The notes beneath the pieces were generated by a model, which saw only the letters and a list, made by a program, of their open reading frames with translations, searched no databases and was not told where the DNA came from. From Azolla caroliniana (taxonomy: Eukaryota > Plantae > Polypodiophyta): 64,000 bases of DNA. Position numbers and translations under genes: made by a program. Below, one piece after another: positions 25,709 to 38,300 of the stretch (positions within the stretch are counted from its first letter, which is position 1; each line of letters begins with the position of its first letter). Where the stretch lies: contig JBHGNT010000001.1 in NCBI GenBank assembly GCA_043228905.1, forward strand, positions 33,232,001 through 33,296,000, given 5' to 3'.

Positions 25709-27454
25709 GTCCATTAATGTCACTATCAATGAAAGGTGGTTGTTGAAGTAGAAACAATATTGAGCAACCTATAATAGTGTGCCACCAAAGAATGGAATAT
25801 TTTGAAGGAAATAATTAACAATGAATTTACCTAATGTTGTATAAAAAACCATATGTAATCAGTGAAAATATAACTTCCCTTCTCGACAAGTCAATAACAA
25901 ATGAATTGGACTTCAATGTTCTATGATCAACATGTTAAATGGGCACATCCCAAAATAATATCTATTCTTTCTTGTTATCCAATAAAAAAACTCATTGCAC
26001 CATCGCAAATGTTAAATGAGTGCAATGCACTACCACTCTATGATTGTGCTCGACCTCCCAAAATATGCTAGCTCTTTATAGAAACCCAAATACAAGGAAA
26101 ATTTTATATTCAAGTCCGATTAATCAAGTCTAGTTAAATACTTAATTATATTTTATATTTTCATTATGCTCCTCTTGTAGGTCATGTAAATACCTACTTC
26201 AACATTCACTCATATTATGCGGCATGCCAATGTTAGTATCAAAACCAACACTTATATGTGCTACACGTCACGTATGTCTAATTGAAGGATGTTGGGAAGA
26301 CACGAGGGGATGGAAGTATAAGGTGAAGATGAAATGAAAAGATGTAGGAGATCGAATGAAAGAGTAAACAAAGTTGAGGAGGATGAACGAGACAGATGTG
26401 GCTGATGGGAGAATAAATATTGATGATATGAATAATATATGGACAAACAACAAGATAACTTATATAATTACCAATGTAATTTATGAAACGGAATGCAAAT
26501 CCCCATTGTGTGAAGGTTTAAGTTTTTTCTTCCTACAAATTAGAAATAGGAAATAGGTTAGCAACAAATTTGACACTTGTGATTGTATTACAATATTGAA
26601 CCCCTTGGTGATGGTCATACATTTGTCCCCCAAGCGTAGACACCTAGAAGAAGTGAATATGTGTCTATCGATGATGGAGTTCTCAAACCACGTCTTCGTG
26701 TTGTTGATATGATCAACAAATTTTCACATTTACCAAATGAACTACTTGGCTTTCATGACATCATCTCCTCATCTCTCATTTATCCTGGCCAAAAATGATA
26801 TAGTTTAATCTTCATTACACTTATTCCTCCTGACATGACATTCAAAATCTCGTATTTAAGCAATCCTTCATTGCAATCACCGTTTCGTGGTTAACGTTTC
26901 AACAATATAATAAATTATAGAGACATTAAGTTGTGTAGGTTTCAAACAAGGATGAACGAAGGAAGGGTCTGTTGCTTGTGAATACTTGAGATCATGTAAA
27001 CTTTAAACTATGGTTTTGTTGAGAACTTGTGGTTTCTTTGGAGGAGAGAGAAAATTTAGATATCTATATCCTCACTTCCATGAATGACGTCCAATATATA
27101 AAGCGACTTTGGCACGTGACAATAGTATCTCAATGTGAAACATGATAATTATTATTAATAAAAGAAAGAAAATGATATGACTTTAAAAGGGCTTTTGTTG
27201 TTGCGCATTTTAGTCAAAAATTATATCCTTTTTGTATCTCATGTCTCTCCAAATTCATTTATATTCCAATTGTTGGATAACTTATAATTCGTATAAGATG
27301 AAAATGTACTGTAGTGTTTTAAAATCAATAACTAGTAATATGTTTTTCATCTTGCCGAAGTGATATGCACGTTTATATTTATTTAGGGTTTCCGTGATGG
27401 GCTTAATATCAAATGCAAACTAGATTGATATACATTGATATCAACAATGGTACG

Positions 27455-27597
27455 AGAGAGAGAGTTCAATTCCACCTAGAGTGAGAAAAAAAAAACCAAA
27501 ACAGAGGGAGAGAGAGAGAGAGAGTTCGATTGCACCAAGAGTGAGAAAAAAAACCAAGAGAGGGAGAGAGAGTTCAATTGCATCAAGAGTGAGAAAA
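27455..27597. repeat. Three-copy minisatellite, ~50-60 bp unit
   Basis: (ga)n-gttc(a/g)att(c/g)ca(c/t)c(t/a)agagtgagaaaa repeated three times. Confidence 0.85.
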
Positions 27598-29514
27598 GCA
27601 CACACGACACAATCCTATCTCAATGTAAGGAACATGATGTTTAATTAGCAATGTATGCATATTAATATTTAAATGTCATTAATCTTGAAATAGTGTATTG
27701 CATAAATCAAGAAAGTTGTGGGATGACATTCCTTACAAAAAAAACGAAAGGGAAAGTATGCGTGAAGCAATTGCATCTCAATGTAAAAGGCAATGGCAGT
27801 TAATTATGTGATAAAGAAATACCCAATCATCACTAGGCAAAGGAAGACAAATATCAATGAATTGCAGTTCATAAGAGTTCTAAGGTAATGCATTTTCTTC
27901 GCCTTGTTGAATAAGTTGATTGTTGTCCCTTGAAATCATCTATTTGTATGATGGAGGGTAACAATTTTTTTAATCGCAAAAGGCATGCATAAAGCTAGAT
28001 ATTTGCTTTAGGGCAATGTTGTTGCAAACAATTAAGATAGCAAGAGCATGAAGTAACTATATGTTCCTAATATGGAGATTGAGTTGGAAGAAAGAAAGAG
28101 CATCATGACCTAAAACGAAGAAAGCAACTACAGACACAACATGACCATAATCTTATTCCAACCTTATGATATGTTGTCATATTCTAGTAGTTTTCACATG
28201 TGGAGTCCTTGTATGAACTTGTACATGACAACGTTCCTTCATCCTTGTGAAATCATCTTTGTGCTTTTTCATCACAATAGGTTTGAATTGGCAAATAATG
28301 TAATCCTCGTCCCTTCAAAGCCTCCTTCAACTGTGTGCCATTCAAGGGGAATAAGATATGAAATGATGTTAATATCGAGAAAAATGGTATGTATATAGAG
28401 AGAAAGTCATTTGGGTGCATTCACAACAAAAGAACACGTAAACATGAAAGAGAAACTTCAAAGTAAAAATGAATGGTGGTTATATTGCAAGGTGGAATAA
28501 TTGTGTTGTAAAATGGAGAAGAATTTAATTTAGTTGAGGTGATCAACAATTTCATACAACAATGTTTTGTTCACTAATTTACGTAAGTTCAAATGTATTG
28601 ATAATATACTCCTCGTATTGTAAGATGAAGACATACATTTTGTGAGGAGATTGGTTATCCATGAAATGCCACTAATACCAAAGCAATGGTTTGCCATGCA
28701 TCAATATGAAAAACGAATACTAGCTTCATAGAAAGTTGCTCGATTGCATTCACCGTAACACGAATGGAAGGGGGCGAACTGAGTAGATGCGATTCGAAAA
28801 CTCTCTGAATCAAAGGGGGAATCTATGCAACATTACTCCTCATCACCAACAAAATTGGGGTAACTGCAACGTAATCCTCATCACCAACAAAACTGGGGTT
28901 GTATGTATGTATAACGAACGGGGTTTTCCACGAGAATGCAGCAGATGAGATGAGATACATGAGGGAGTTGCGTTTGGTTGTGAGGAAGAGCCCCTCCACC
29001 CCCCCCAAAAAAAAAGCACATGCGAAGAAGCAATCCTATCTCAACGTAAAAAAGAGCAGGAGAAGAAGATCAGTGGTGGTTAATATTGAAATTTAAAAAC
29101 AAAATAAAAGAGAGAAGAAAAAGAAACACAGGATTTTATTTTTCTCTCTCTCTCTAAAACACCAGGGAAAGGGGCACGGACTTAATAATTAATTAAAACT
29201 TAAAAAAACAGCAACAAAAGTTACATATGTATAATGTATGTATGTATGTACATATACATACTTGCCTCTGCTATGAAATGCGGTTTTCTTTTTTTTTGCC
29301 TCATTTACTTCTCTCTATAAAAAAGGAAAATACGGAAATTAGCAAAAGAAAACAAAAAACGCTATATATACATATATATATGTATATATATGTATAGAGA
29401 GAGAGAGACAACTAAACAAATAAATAATAGAAATAAACAGACAAATAAATAATATATAAAATTAAACGTAGTATTATTTTGCGCGTTAATTAGATAGAAA
29501 GTAATTAATTAAAA

Positions 29515-29521
<7 letters not shown>

Positions 29522-29570
<49 letters not shown>

Positions 29571-29676
29571 GTGAATTTCGCCTCTTTCTCCTTCGCTGCA
29601 TCGCTCGAATTCATCTTCATCTTCATCTTCGTCTTCGTCTTCTTCGTTCTCTTCTCCGATGCGTCTGCTTACCCAG
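29522..29676 (+). promoter_or_regulatory. (CT)n tract and probable non-coding first exon of the RLT-like gene
   Basis: About 20 CT units followed by a pyrimidine-rich (tcttcg/tcttca) leader ending in a strong donor CAG|GTATG at 29676/29677. This is a typical plant 5' UTR arrangement, and the acceptor is probably near 32229 or 32249. Confidence 0.6.
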
Positions 29677-32316
29677 GTATGTTTTCTCTGTCCGTCTCCT
29701 TCAATTCCTTAGCATGCAGCGGGAAATCCGCATCGTCTCTTGAGTGTGTGAGTGTGAGTGTGTGCGTGTCTCACTCTCTTTCTTTTGCTTCTGCTTGGCG
29801 AATCGAACAAATCGACACGAATCTCAGATCTGTATCTGAACATGTGTATGAATTCCTCCTTAGAACACGGCAACGGATACGAAATGTGAAGCTTCTCGTG
29901 GCTCCCTTCTGTATCTTAGTTTTGCAGGTCTGTCTGAAATTTTGTCTCTTCTTCTTTGCCTTTTGTGGAGCAGATTTTCATGGATAGAAGGTTCTTTGTA
30001 CACAGAGACAACGAACTATCCTGAAATATGAAAGCATTTCACTCATGTTTGCTTTTTTACTCTGCGAGTCCATTTGGAATTTGCGCTACTTCTTTGCATT
30101 TTCTGGAGCAAAAATGTTCCGTTTCTGCTTACTGAATAGGCTAAATTTCACCCCAACCTACGACAAGTGTCCATTTCTGCTCTTAAAAGAAGCTAATTTG
30201 TAATTTCTGTACACGAACCAATGAAATGACGTGAAATGTGTGAAGTATCAGCGTTTAAAATTGCTTCTAACCTAAGAGAAGTTTCTTTGAAGTTGTTCCA
30301 TAAGACCCTTGTATTTGAAACGGCGAGGTAACTGTGATGTACGTATTTGGATATTTTTCACCTTCCTTGGGCCTCAGGCCCCATTTTTGCTTTGTGAGGT
30401 CAGAGGGTTAATGAAGATCCACTGCATCTGAAAGAATAAATAGACGTGAAAAATGAAATATTTGCTATATGTTTATATTATGTCTTATTTTTCTCATGTT
30501 TTTTTTCTATGATTTTTTTTCCTGAAAGTTGCATCTTGCCTGATCGCTTTCTCTTCATTATTGCCTTTGCATACATGGGGACAGAGAAACTCCTTCGTAG
30601 GTTTTTGAGAAAGTCTCGTGTACATGAAAACCATGGGACTATATTGCAATGAAATATATAATTTACACGTGCATCTGTTCTTTCAGTTTAAAAGTCTGTC
30701 TGAAGTTTGCATCTCTTTTGATTTTCAGGGAAAAAAGACTCTTTTTTTTGAAAGCTTGTATAGTTTGAAACTTTGCACTTGAAACAATGGATCTAGTGGG
30801 CGATAAATATCACTTACTTATCACATGCTCAGCTTATGAGGTAATTTGTGAGAAATGTGATAACTTGTTAGACATGCATGATAATGTAAATGTCACACTC
30901 AAATCTGCACTAAGAAGGGTGAGCACACATTTACGTGCATTATTTTTACAGAGAGAGTTTTTACTGCAGAGTAGTAGTAACCCCCCTTCTTAGCCCTTCT
31001 TAGGAAGCAGTCACAATACAAGATGATATGTTGATTTGGTTCCATAGGACAAAATTGCTGTCTTCATGGATGATAAACATCTATTCTATTCAAAGGGAAG
31101 GTTCAGAAGTACCTGTGGTGATACTTCTGATTTCGTCTGGAGTTTGAGCCTTCTATCTATTTTCTTCAATAGATTTTCTAAATTGACTCTGAATTTAACA
31201 AAATCTCTGATTTCTGTGTATGAAGGACAGAAAAGGTATATTTTAGTTGTTTCAGAATGTTATTTGTACTGAAATAATGAGGAATCCAAAATGTGAAGGA
31301 TCTGATTTAGGCTTGATTTTCATCTCTGTGATTTTGCCTGGAATTTGCATGTCACACTGGTTTTTCATGTATTCCTTTTAAGCTTACAGATGTATATCTG
31401 AAGTGTCGATTGTGTCATCCTGAGTATGTTAATTCTCTGAAGAAATGACCTATATGTGCTCTCTGAGTACATGAAAACGCACAGAGACAATGAAGATCCT
31501 TTGCACATTGCTCTCGACGTCAACTAAATGCATTGTAAAGCTGTCAAGGAACCCTCTTAATATAAAATGCTGCTTTGTGTTCACATTTCTTGAGGATATT
31601 TAATGAGAACCATCCATCTGGAATTTCTTGTCCTGGGATTTGGGAATCTATCATTATAAATTAAGGCCCAAACATGTTTTACATGTATCCTAGAAAGCAA
31701 GGGGAAGGTGGTCGATTGAGCACAGTCCTGTTGTGTTTAAACGTGATGCATCGTTATAGTCTTGGCTCAGGTAACAGTAACATATGAGATTTATAAAGTA
31801 GGGATTTCATGAATTAAGATTTTTCTCGAGCTCCAAAGGAAAGATGTGGAAAAGAAGCAAAACTTCATTTCCTTCCTATAGCTGGTTTATTGTGTCTCCC
31901 ATATGAAGCCACTCTAGGAATTCAAAACTTCAATCAGCATCAAATAACGTTGGAGGTCTTCGCAGATAATATTGCGTCTATATCCAGAAGCAGACCGCAT
32001 ATAGAAGAATTAGATGTGTCGAAAGTAATTCTTAGAGTATCCTCATGTTGTTTGTTATTGTATGTGTTGAATTCTTGAAGATAGTTGAGCAGCTCTGTAG
32101 GTACTTTATGCCAGAAGACGTGTTAATAAGTATTGGTGAATTATATCAAGAGCGTGACATGTTATTACTTTGGGTGTCTTTATCATGTTGATATTGTGAC
32201 AGGATCTGATATTTTTCTGTATTTTGCAGATTTTATTTTTAACATGTAGACTGAAGTAAAGTTTTATCTATATACACATGAGCTGAAGAACACTGTTTTA
32301 GTGGATATTCTGAAGA

Positions 32317-35300
32317 ATGGAGCCTATCATCATCACGTCTGATGAACACATGATGGCATTCAATAAGTTCCCGCAAGATCATACACCAAAGCATGCCAAA
32401 CAGCAGGGTGGAAAGAGATCATCTAGGGACAGTGATGGCCATTCTAGGAAAAGAACCCAACAGAGCCACTTAAATACAATGGATCTTCGCCGAGCAGCTG
32501 AGGTTAGAGCAATAACTGCAGTGGAAGTTCAGTTGGGTGAACCACTGAGAGGCGACTGCCCTATGTTAGGGGTAGAATTTGATGCTTTACCAGTTGGAGC
32601 CTTTACCACATACATGTGTAAGTCTGGACTATTCTATTATTTTGGATTTTTTTAACGAGTTTCATGAGTAGTATTTCTATGGAAAAATTTCATATGAACT
32701 AGAGGCAAGCATGCAAAATATTTTGTCATAATATACGCTTCTGTCAAATATAAATGCCCCTTATTTTCTTATTGTGTGTTGTATACATGGAAACTCAGAA
32801 AAGGAAGAGATAGGCTACACAATCATCACATTGTCATGGTTGTTCGGAAAATGTATGCACCGTACTCCATATTATGTATAGGAGAGAATGTCAGTTATGC
32901 CATCAGAGCCAGGGTATAAGGAGCAGTCTCTACTGATGCCGAGCAGTCACTACTGATGCCAATGCACAGTTAACATAGAACACTTTCACTGCCCTGTGCT
33001 ATGGACTTCCATGATCAAAGATGTTTGGGGCTGTTTTACTAGAGATTCGTAGATTTAGAGAGTCTTTGCTTAGTACATGGCCAACAGGACTAGTGCAAAG
33101 GCAGATGCTAGACTTTTTTAGAATGCTGTGCCAAGAAATATAAGGGCCAGCACAACCTGCATCTTGTAAATAGATTATGCTTGATTGGAAAGGCCATTTG
33201 ACTCCCTCCAGTAACCCAAGGATACAGGGATTAGAGTCCTATTTAATTTTGAAATAGTTCCTCACATGCACCAAGACACATTTGTAACTGAGTTGGAAAT
33301 AAGGTATCTCCAAACCTTCCTATTATCAGTCATCAATTTCAGAGAAAGAAGTGTAAATGATGGCTCTTTCACATTGATTTGTAGTTTAGAGAGTCGTTCC
33401 CGAGGAGTAGATGACCAGTAGGGCAGGGCAAAGGTAGATGCTAGACTTGTTTAGAATGCTGCGCCAAGAAATCTAAGGGCCAGCACAACCAGCACCTTGT
33501 AAAGAGATTTTTCTTGATTGCGCAACATATTTGGTTCTGTCCAGATGCCCAAGGATATAGGGATTATATTCCTATCTAATTTTGAAATGGTTCCTCACCT
33601 GCATCATAATACGTTTGTAACTGAGCCGGAAATAAGGGCAGCGTCAAAATTTTCTATGACCAATCATAAATTCTGGAGAACAAGGTGTTAAGGATGGTTC
33701 TTCCACATATGTAGTTGCTGGAAAAGGAATAAGCTAATGAGAATTGATATTTTCATTTTGCCACATTTCTAAGCTAAAGGGTTTATATTATTATTTAAAA
33801 TATCTTCAAAGAGAAGACAGTAAAGAAGTTCTATAATGAAGTCATTTTCTCTTTTCAGCTTCTTCAAACATCCATGGGGCCACAGAAACGATCTCACATG
33901 GTGTTGATAGAACCTTTTATCAACAAGAGGCGAAGAAACAAAAGGTACCCAACTCTTGATTGAGATAGCTTTCTTTGGTTAGCTTTTTTGAAAAATTGTT
34001 TCTTCTCTGCTGTTTTTGCTGAAAATTGTGCCATTTTTGCATTATTGTCTGTCATATACAGACCATCCCCTTCAAAATGTTTGCAATTTTTTTCCCCCAA
34101 ATAACCATATGAATTTCTTTAAAGGATATTTTAGAATGGAAGTCCAGCCTCTAATATTTTCCTCTAAAATACAAGAAAATTGTGCCATTTTTGCATTATT
34201 GTCTGTCATATACAGACCATCCCCTTCAAAATGTTTGCAATTTCCCCCCTGCAAATAACCATATGAATTTCTTTAAAGGATATTTTAGAATGGAAGTCTA
34301 GCATCTAATATTTTCCTCTAAAATATAAGTAAATCCAAATCAGAAGATATTCTATCTTTTAATTTATAATCATGATAATTTGTTCTTTTTCATAGCATTA
34401 ATACGGCTACTTACTTTGGGTAGATTGCAAAAGGACATTTGGGCACAGAAAATGAATACCAGAAAGCAACACCTGCTTTCTTTCAGTCAGACGATAAAAA
34501 GAAAAAAGGTTCACAAGAATATAGCTTTATTCCTGATCAACTGACAGGGAAGCAAAAACTTGAGGAGAGGATAAACCAGTCAGCAGTTTATGGTCAAGCG
34601 CTTAACCCCTTACCGAGCAAAAATTCTCTTGTCCATGGTACTGAATCATTCACATCAAGTGTGGTAAACTCTCAGAGAAAGTTTGTTAAAAATGCAGATA
34701 ATAGCGCATCACCACATATTGACGTGCCTGCTAGTTATTCTCTTGCGAAAAGTGTACAATCTTCACAGCAGGATACACTTTCTGGTTTTAGTTATGATAA
34801 TCGATTTGCAAATCACCAATCACCATTGCACCAAGTTGCGCAAACCAGAGGCTCTTCTGTAGCTTCTGAGAATCACAACACTCTATCAGAAGAGGAAGAT
34901 GACGAAGCCAAGTTGGAACAGAGACGAAAGGTGATCTGATGAGTAATTCTCATTTTTTGGTCAAGAGCTGTTTTTTATAATGATAGATAAAGCATTCACA
35001 CTAGCTTTAATGATTAGTGTGGTATTTTTTATAATGATACATAAGCATTTACTTCAGCTTTACTGTATATTTATTAGAATGAAGAGGCAAGGATTGCCAA
35101 AGAAGTTGAACTGTATGAGAAACGAATAAGAAGGGAAATTGAGCGACAAGATATTGCAAGAAGAAAAGTAAGCATATCTTGAGTAACTAGTGAAGCATGA
35201 TTTTGCATCATTTTTCTCTTGATTTGGAGCTATTCAAAGATGGAATATTTGGATTTCTAATCACAGAGGGATGAACAAATAAAAAAGGACCTTGAAAAGC

Positions 35301-38300
35301 AGCGTAGAGAAGCGGAACGGGCTATTCGAGATAAGCAGAGGGAGGAAGAACGTATTTTACGAGAACATAAACGGGAAATGGAGCGCAGGGAAAAATTTAT
35401 GGAAAAAGAATCCAAGAGAGTAAATATCAAAATTTAGTGGCAGACATGATTGTGGTTTGTATGCTTTGTGGTTCTTTTGCTGAAAATGTGCTTTTGCACT
35501 CCTTTTAGGTTGAACGACAGAAACTGAAAGACGAAAGCAGAAGACAAAGAGAGGTTGCGAGGATGAAATTAGCTAGTGAACGAGCACTAGCAAAACGGTT
35601 GGCAAAGGAATCCATGGATCTTATTGATGATGAGCGTTTGGAACTGCTAGAGGTTGCTGCTACTGCACAAGGCCTCTCTTCTATTTACTTACTTGATGGA
35701 GAAACTTTGAATGAACTGGAAAGTTACAAAGGTAAAGATCAGCATTCTTTTTGTGGTGTGCTAATGGATTCCATGAGACGTTTCCATTTCTCATTCGACG
35801 GAGTTTTTTGAATGATTATATTGACAGGGTATCTGAAGAACTTCCCACCTGCTGCAGTCAAAATGAAAATGCCCTTTGCAGTTAGTCCTTGGATCAATTC
35901 AAAGGAGAATGTTGGCAAATTATTCATGGTAATCATATAGTTTTCCAACAAATGCATGTAGTTATGGTTCCACATTAGTTATGAACACATTAATGCATGA
36001 GCATAGAGCTTCAAGCTGACTTAATGTACTCCTTGTTGACTTGACTCTTGGAGTAACTGTACCTGGTATACAAAGCATCTCTGAGATACCTGATTTCAGG
36101 ATAAATCATGTCTGATGCATGCCTTTCAGCTCAGCATCTCTATAGAATTGTCTATGCCACAGTCCAAACACCTGTCTAGGTCTATGTTTCTATCTTCATT
36201 CTACAAACTCCGGATAGCAAGTTTTTGTTCAATTTCAGAAGATCATAAATGAAATTCATAATTAATGGGCATGCACATTTTAACGAACGAGTACTATTCA
36301 GATAATAAGTATGCAACTTACTTACTATGAAAATATTAGCTGCCATACTTTCATGCCTTTCTTGTCAATATTTTAATACCCTTATTGCTAGTATAATCAA
36401 TAAATAGTTTTCTACGTTCTGATCTCTAGAGTAACATAAAGCAATAAAACATGTAGGAAGTCAGAGGACTGTTTGTTTGCGTGTGCAACCATTCAAGCTT
36501 GGCATTGCAATTGTGAGCTATGCACCTCAAAACTGTTTGTGGATGATTGAACTAGTAAAATGTAAGCTGTCCATCCAACATGTGAAACTGTATTGTATGC
36601 ACTGGAAAAGTAGAAACGGTTGATTGTCCAGAAAGTACAAATTTAGGCATTAAAATAGTCAGGCTGGGTAGTGGAACTTACCCTCCAATACCTAGTTAAA
36701 GAGGATTAATACCGCAATGTGGAAGCAGACAAGCCTAGATAAAATTATGTGTATGAAATTTAGCGTTTTTTCATGCTATATCTGGTTATCACCATGTTGA
36801 TAATTTGATAGTAACATTGGCAATCATAGAAGAAAGAAAGCTATATGAATATCTTTTAAGAGTCCACAATAACCTATAAGACCGAACAAGAGATTACATC
36901 TTACGATGTTTTCTTGTCTTTGAGACCAACAAATCAAAATAAATGTAACTAAATATAGGGCACTAAAGAATCTATATATTAAAAAACTTAAGGTTCTGAA
37001 CTTAGATAGACTGAAACTCTTTTCTTCAACATGGGCCTTTATTATGATAATGGCCTTTATTGTGGGTGACAAGGATGACAAGGCCATTGTCAAGAGAAGG
37101 AATGCCACCTTGAGGGTATCAGGAACTCCAAGGATTGATCTGAAAATCAGGCATCCGACACAATTGGAGGGAAATTAATTGAGTTAGAAATTGCATACGA
37201 CTAAAGTGTTCATGAACACTGTTGTCAACAAAAATATTTGATTGAAAGATCTGATTACCATAAACATTGGGGGGCTTTAGTATTTTCCTTTATGTGAAAC
37301 TGGTCTAATGGATAACTGAGGTTGAAACTTAAGACAATAATAATACTAATGCATCTTTTGTTTTGTTACCCTTAATGACAGGTATGGAAATTCTTGAGTG
37401 CATTTGCAGATATTCTTGGTCTTTGGCCATTCACGTTGGATGAGTTTGTGCAAGCGTTTCATGACTATGTAAGTTTATGGACTTGGTAGTTGCCATCTTC
37501 ATTTGTATACTGGAGATTCTTATCTCTCTGGTTGTAGTTTTACCCTATTGAAAAATGTACTTATTTATGCTGTTAAATTACTGTCCTGTGTTCTGCTAAA
37601 GGTTAGGCGTAAAACACATGTCCTCTCTGTGCTCAGTGATTTATAAAGATGCCTACAATCATCCATTCTTTTAGAACCTCAATATTATGGACAAATGAGA
37701 ACCCTGTTAATGTTCTTGGATGTGATCTGTGGACAATATTTATTATGGGGAACAACTCTTTGAGGGTTTATTCTGTGACCCATGGTTCTCCCCTGTTACA
37801 TCAAATCCGTTTCACTTGGTGAGTGGTATGAGATGACTACTAGGCAGATGACAATACATACAAGGGTATCAAATTCTATACTCGTATGCTTTTGGGCCAT
37901 GATGTAATATTGTGAGTACATGCTATGGCCTCATGCAGTGTGCAACAAGAGTATCCATCTGCATGTGGAGATTATTCGTGATCATATGATATGGTTTCTT
38001 AGAATCAATAAATTAATGTTGTCTAATCATATTTAGAAAATTGCTATTTTCTCCATTTGGAAGACTTTCTTCTCTCATTGGTATGAGTGTCATCTAATTG
38101 TATGAGGTCACATATGTTCTTTGCATGTTTTGAATGCTCTAACATATTTATTGGGGTTCCACGTTTAGGGCAACTAGTAGATCTTGTTCATAATGACAGT
38201 TAAGTCGTTTTTAGAGCCATCTGATTGGCCAACCAGACATCCAAGAAAGTATGCCTATGTTAGCATTGGAATGAGAGAATTTATAATGAAACGCAGTCTG

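Noticed and set aside
27455-27597. Repeat-spacer-like pattern suggesting CRISPR (also 2323-2556)
   Set aside because: Eukaryotic context, degenerate units, no unique spacers and no cas genes.
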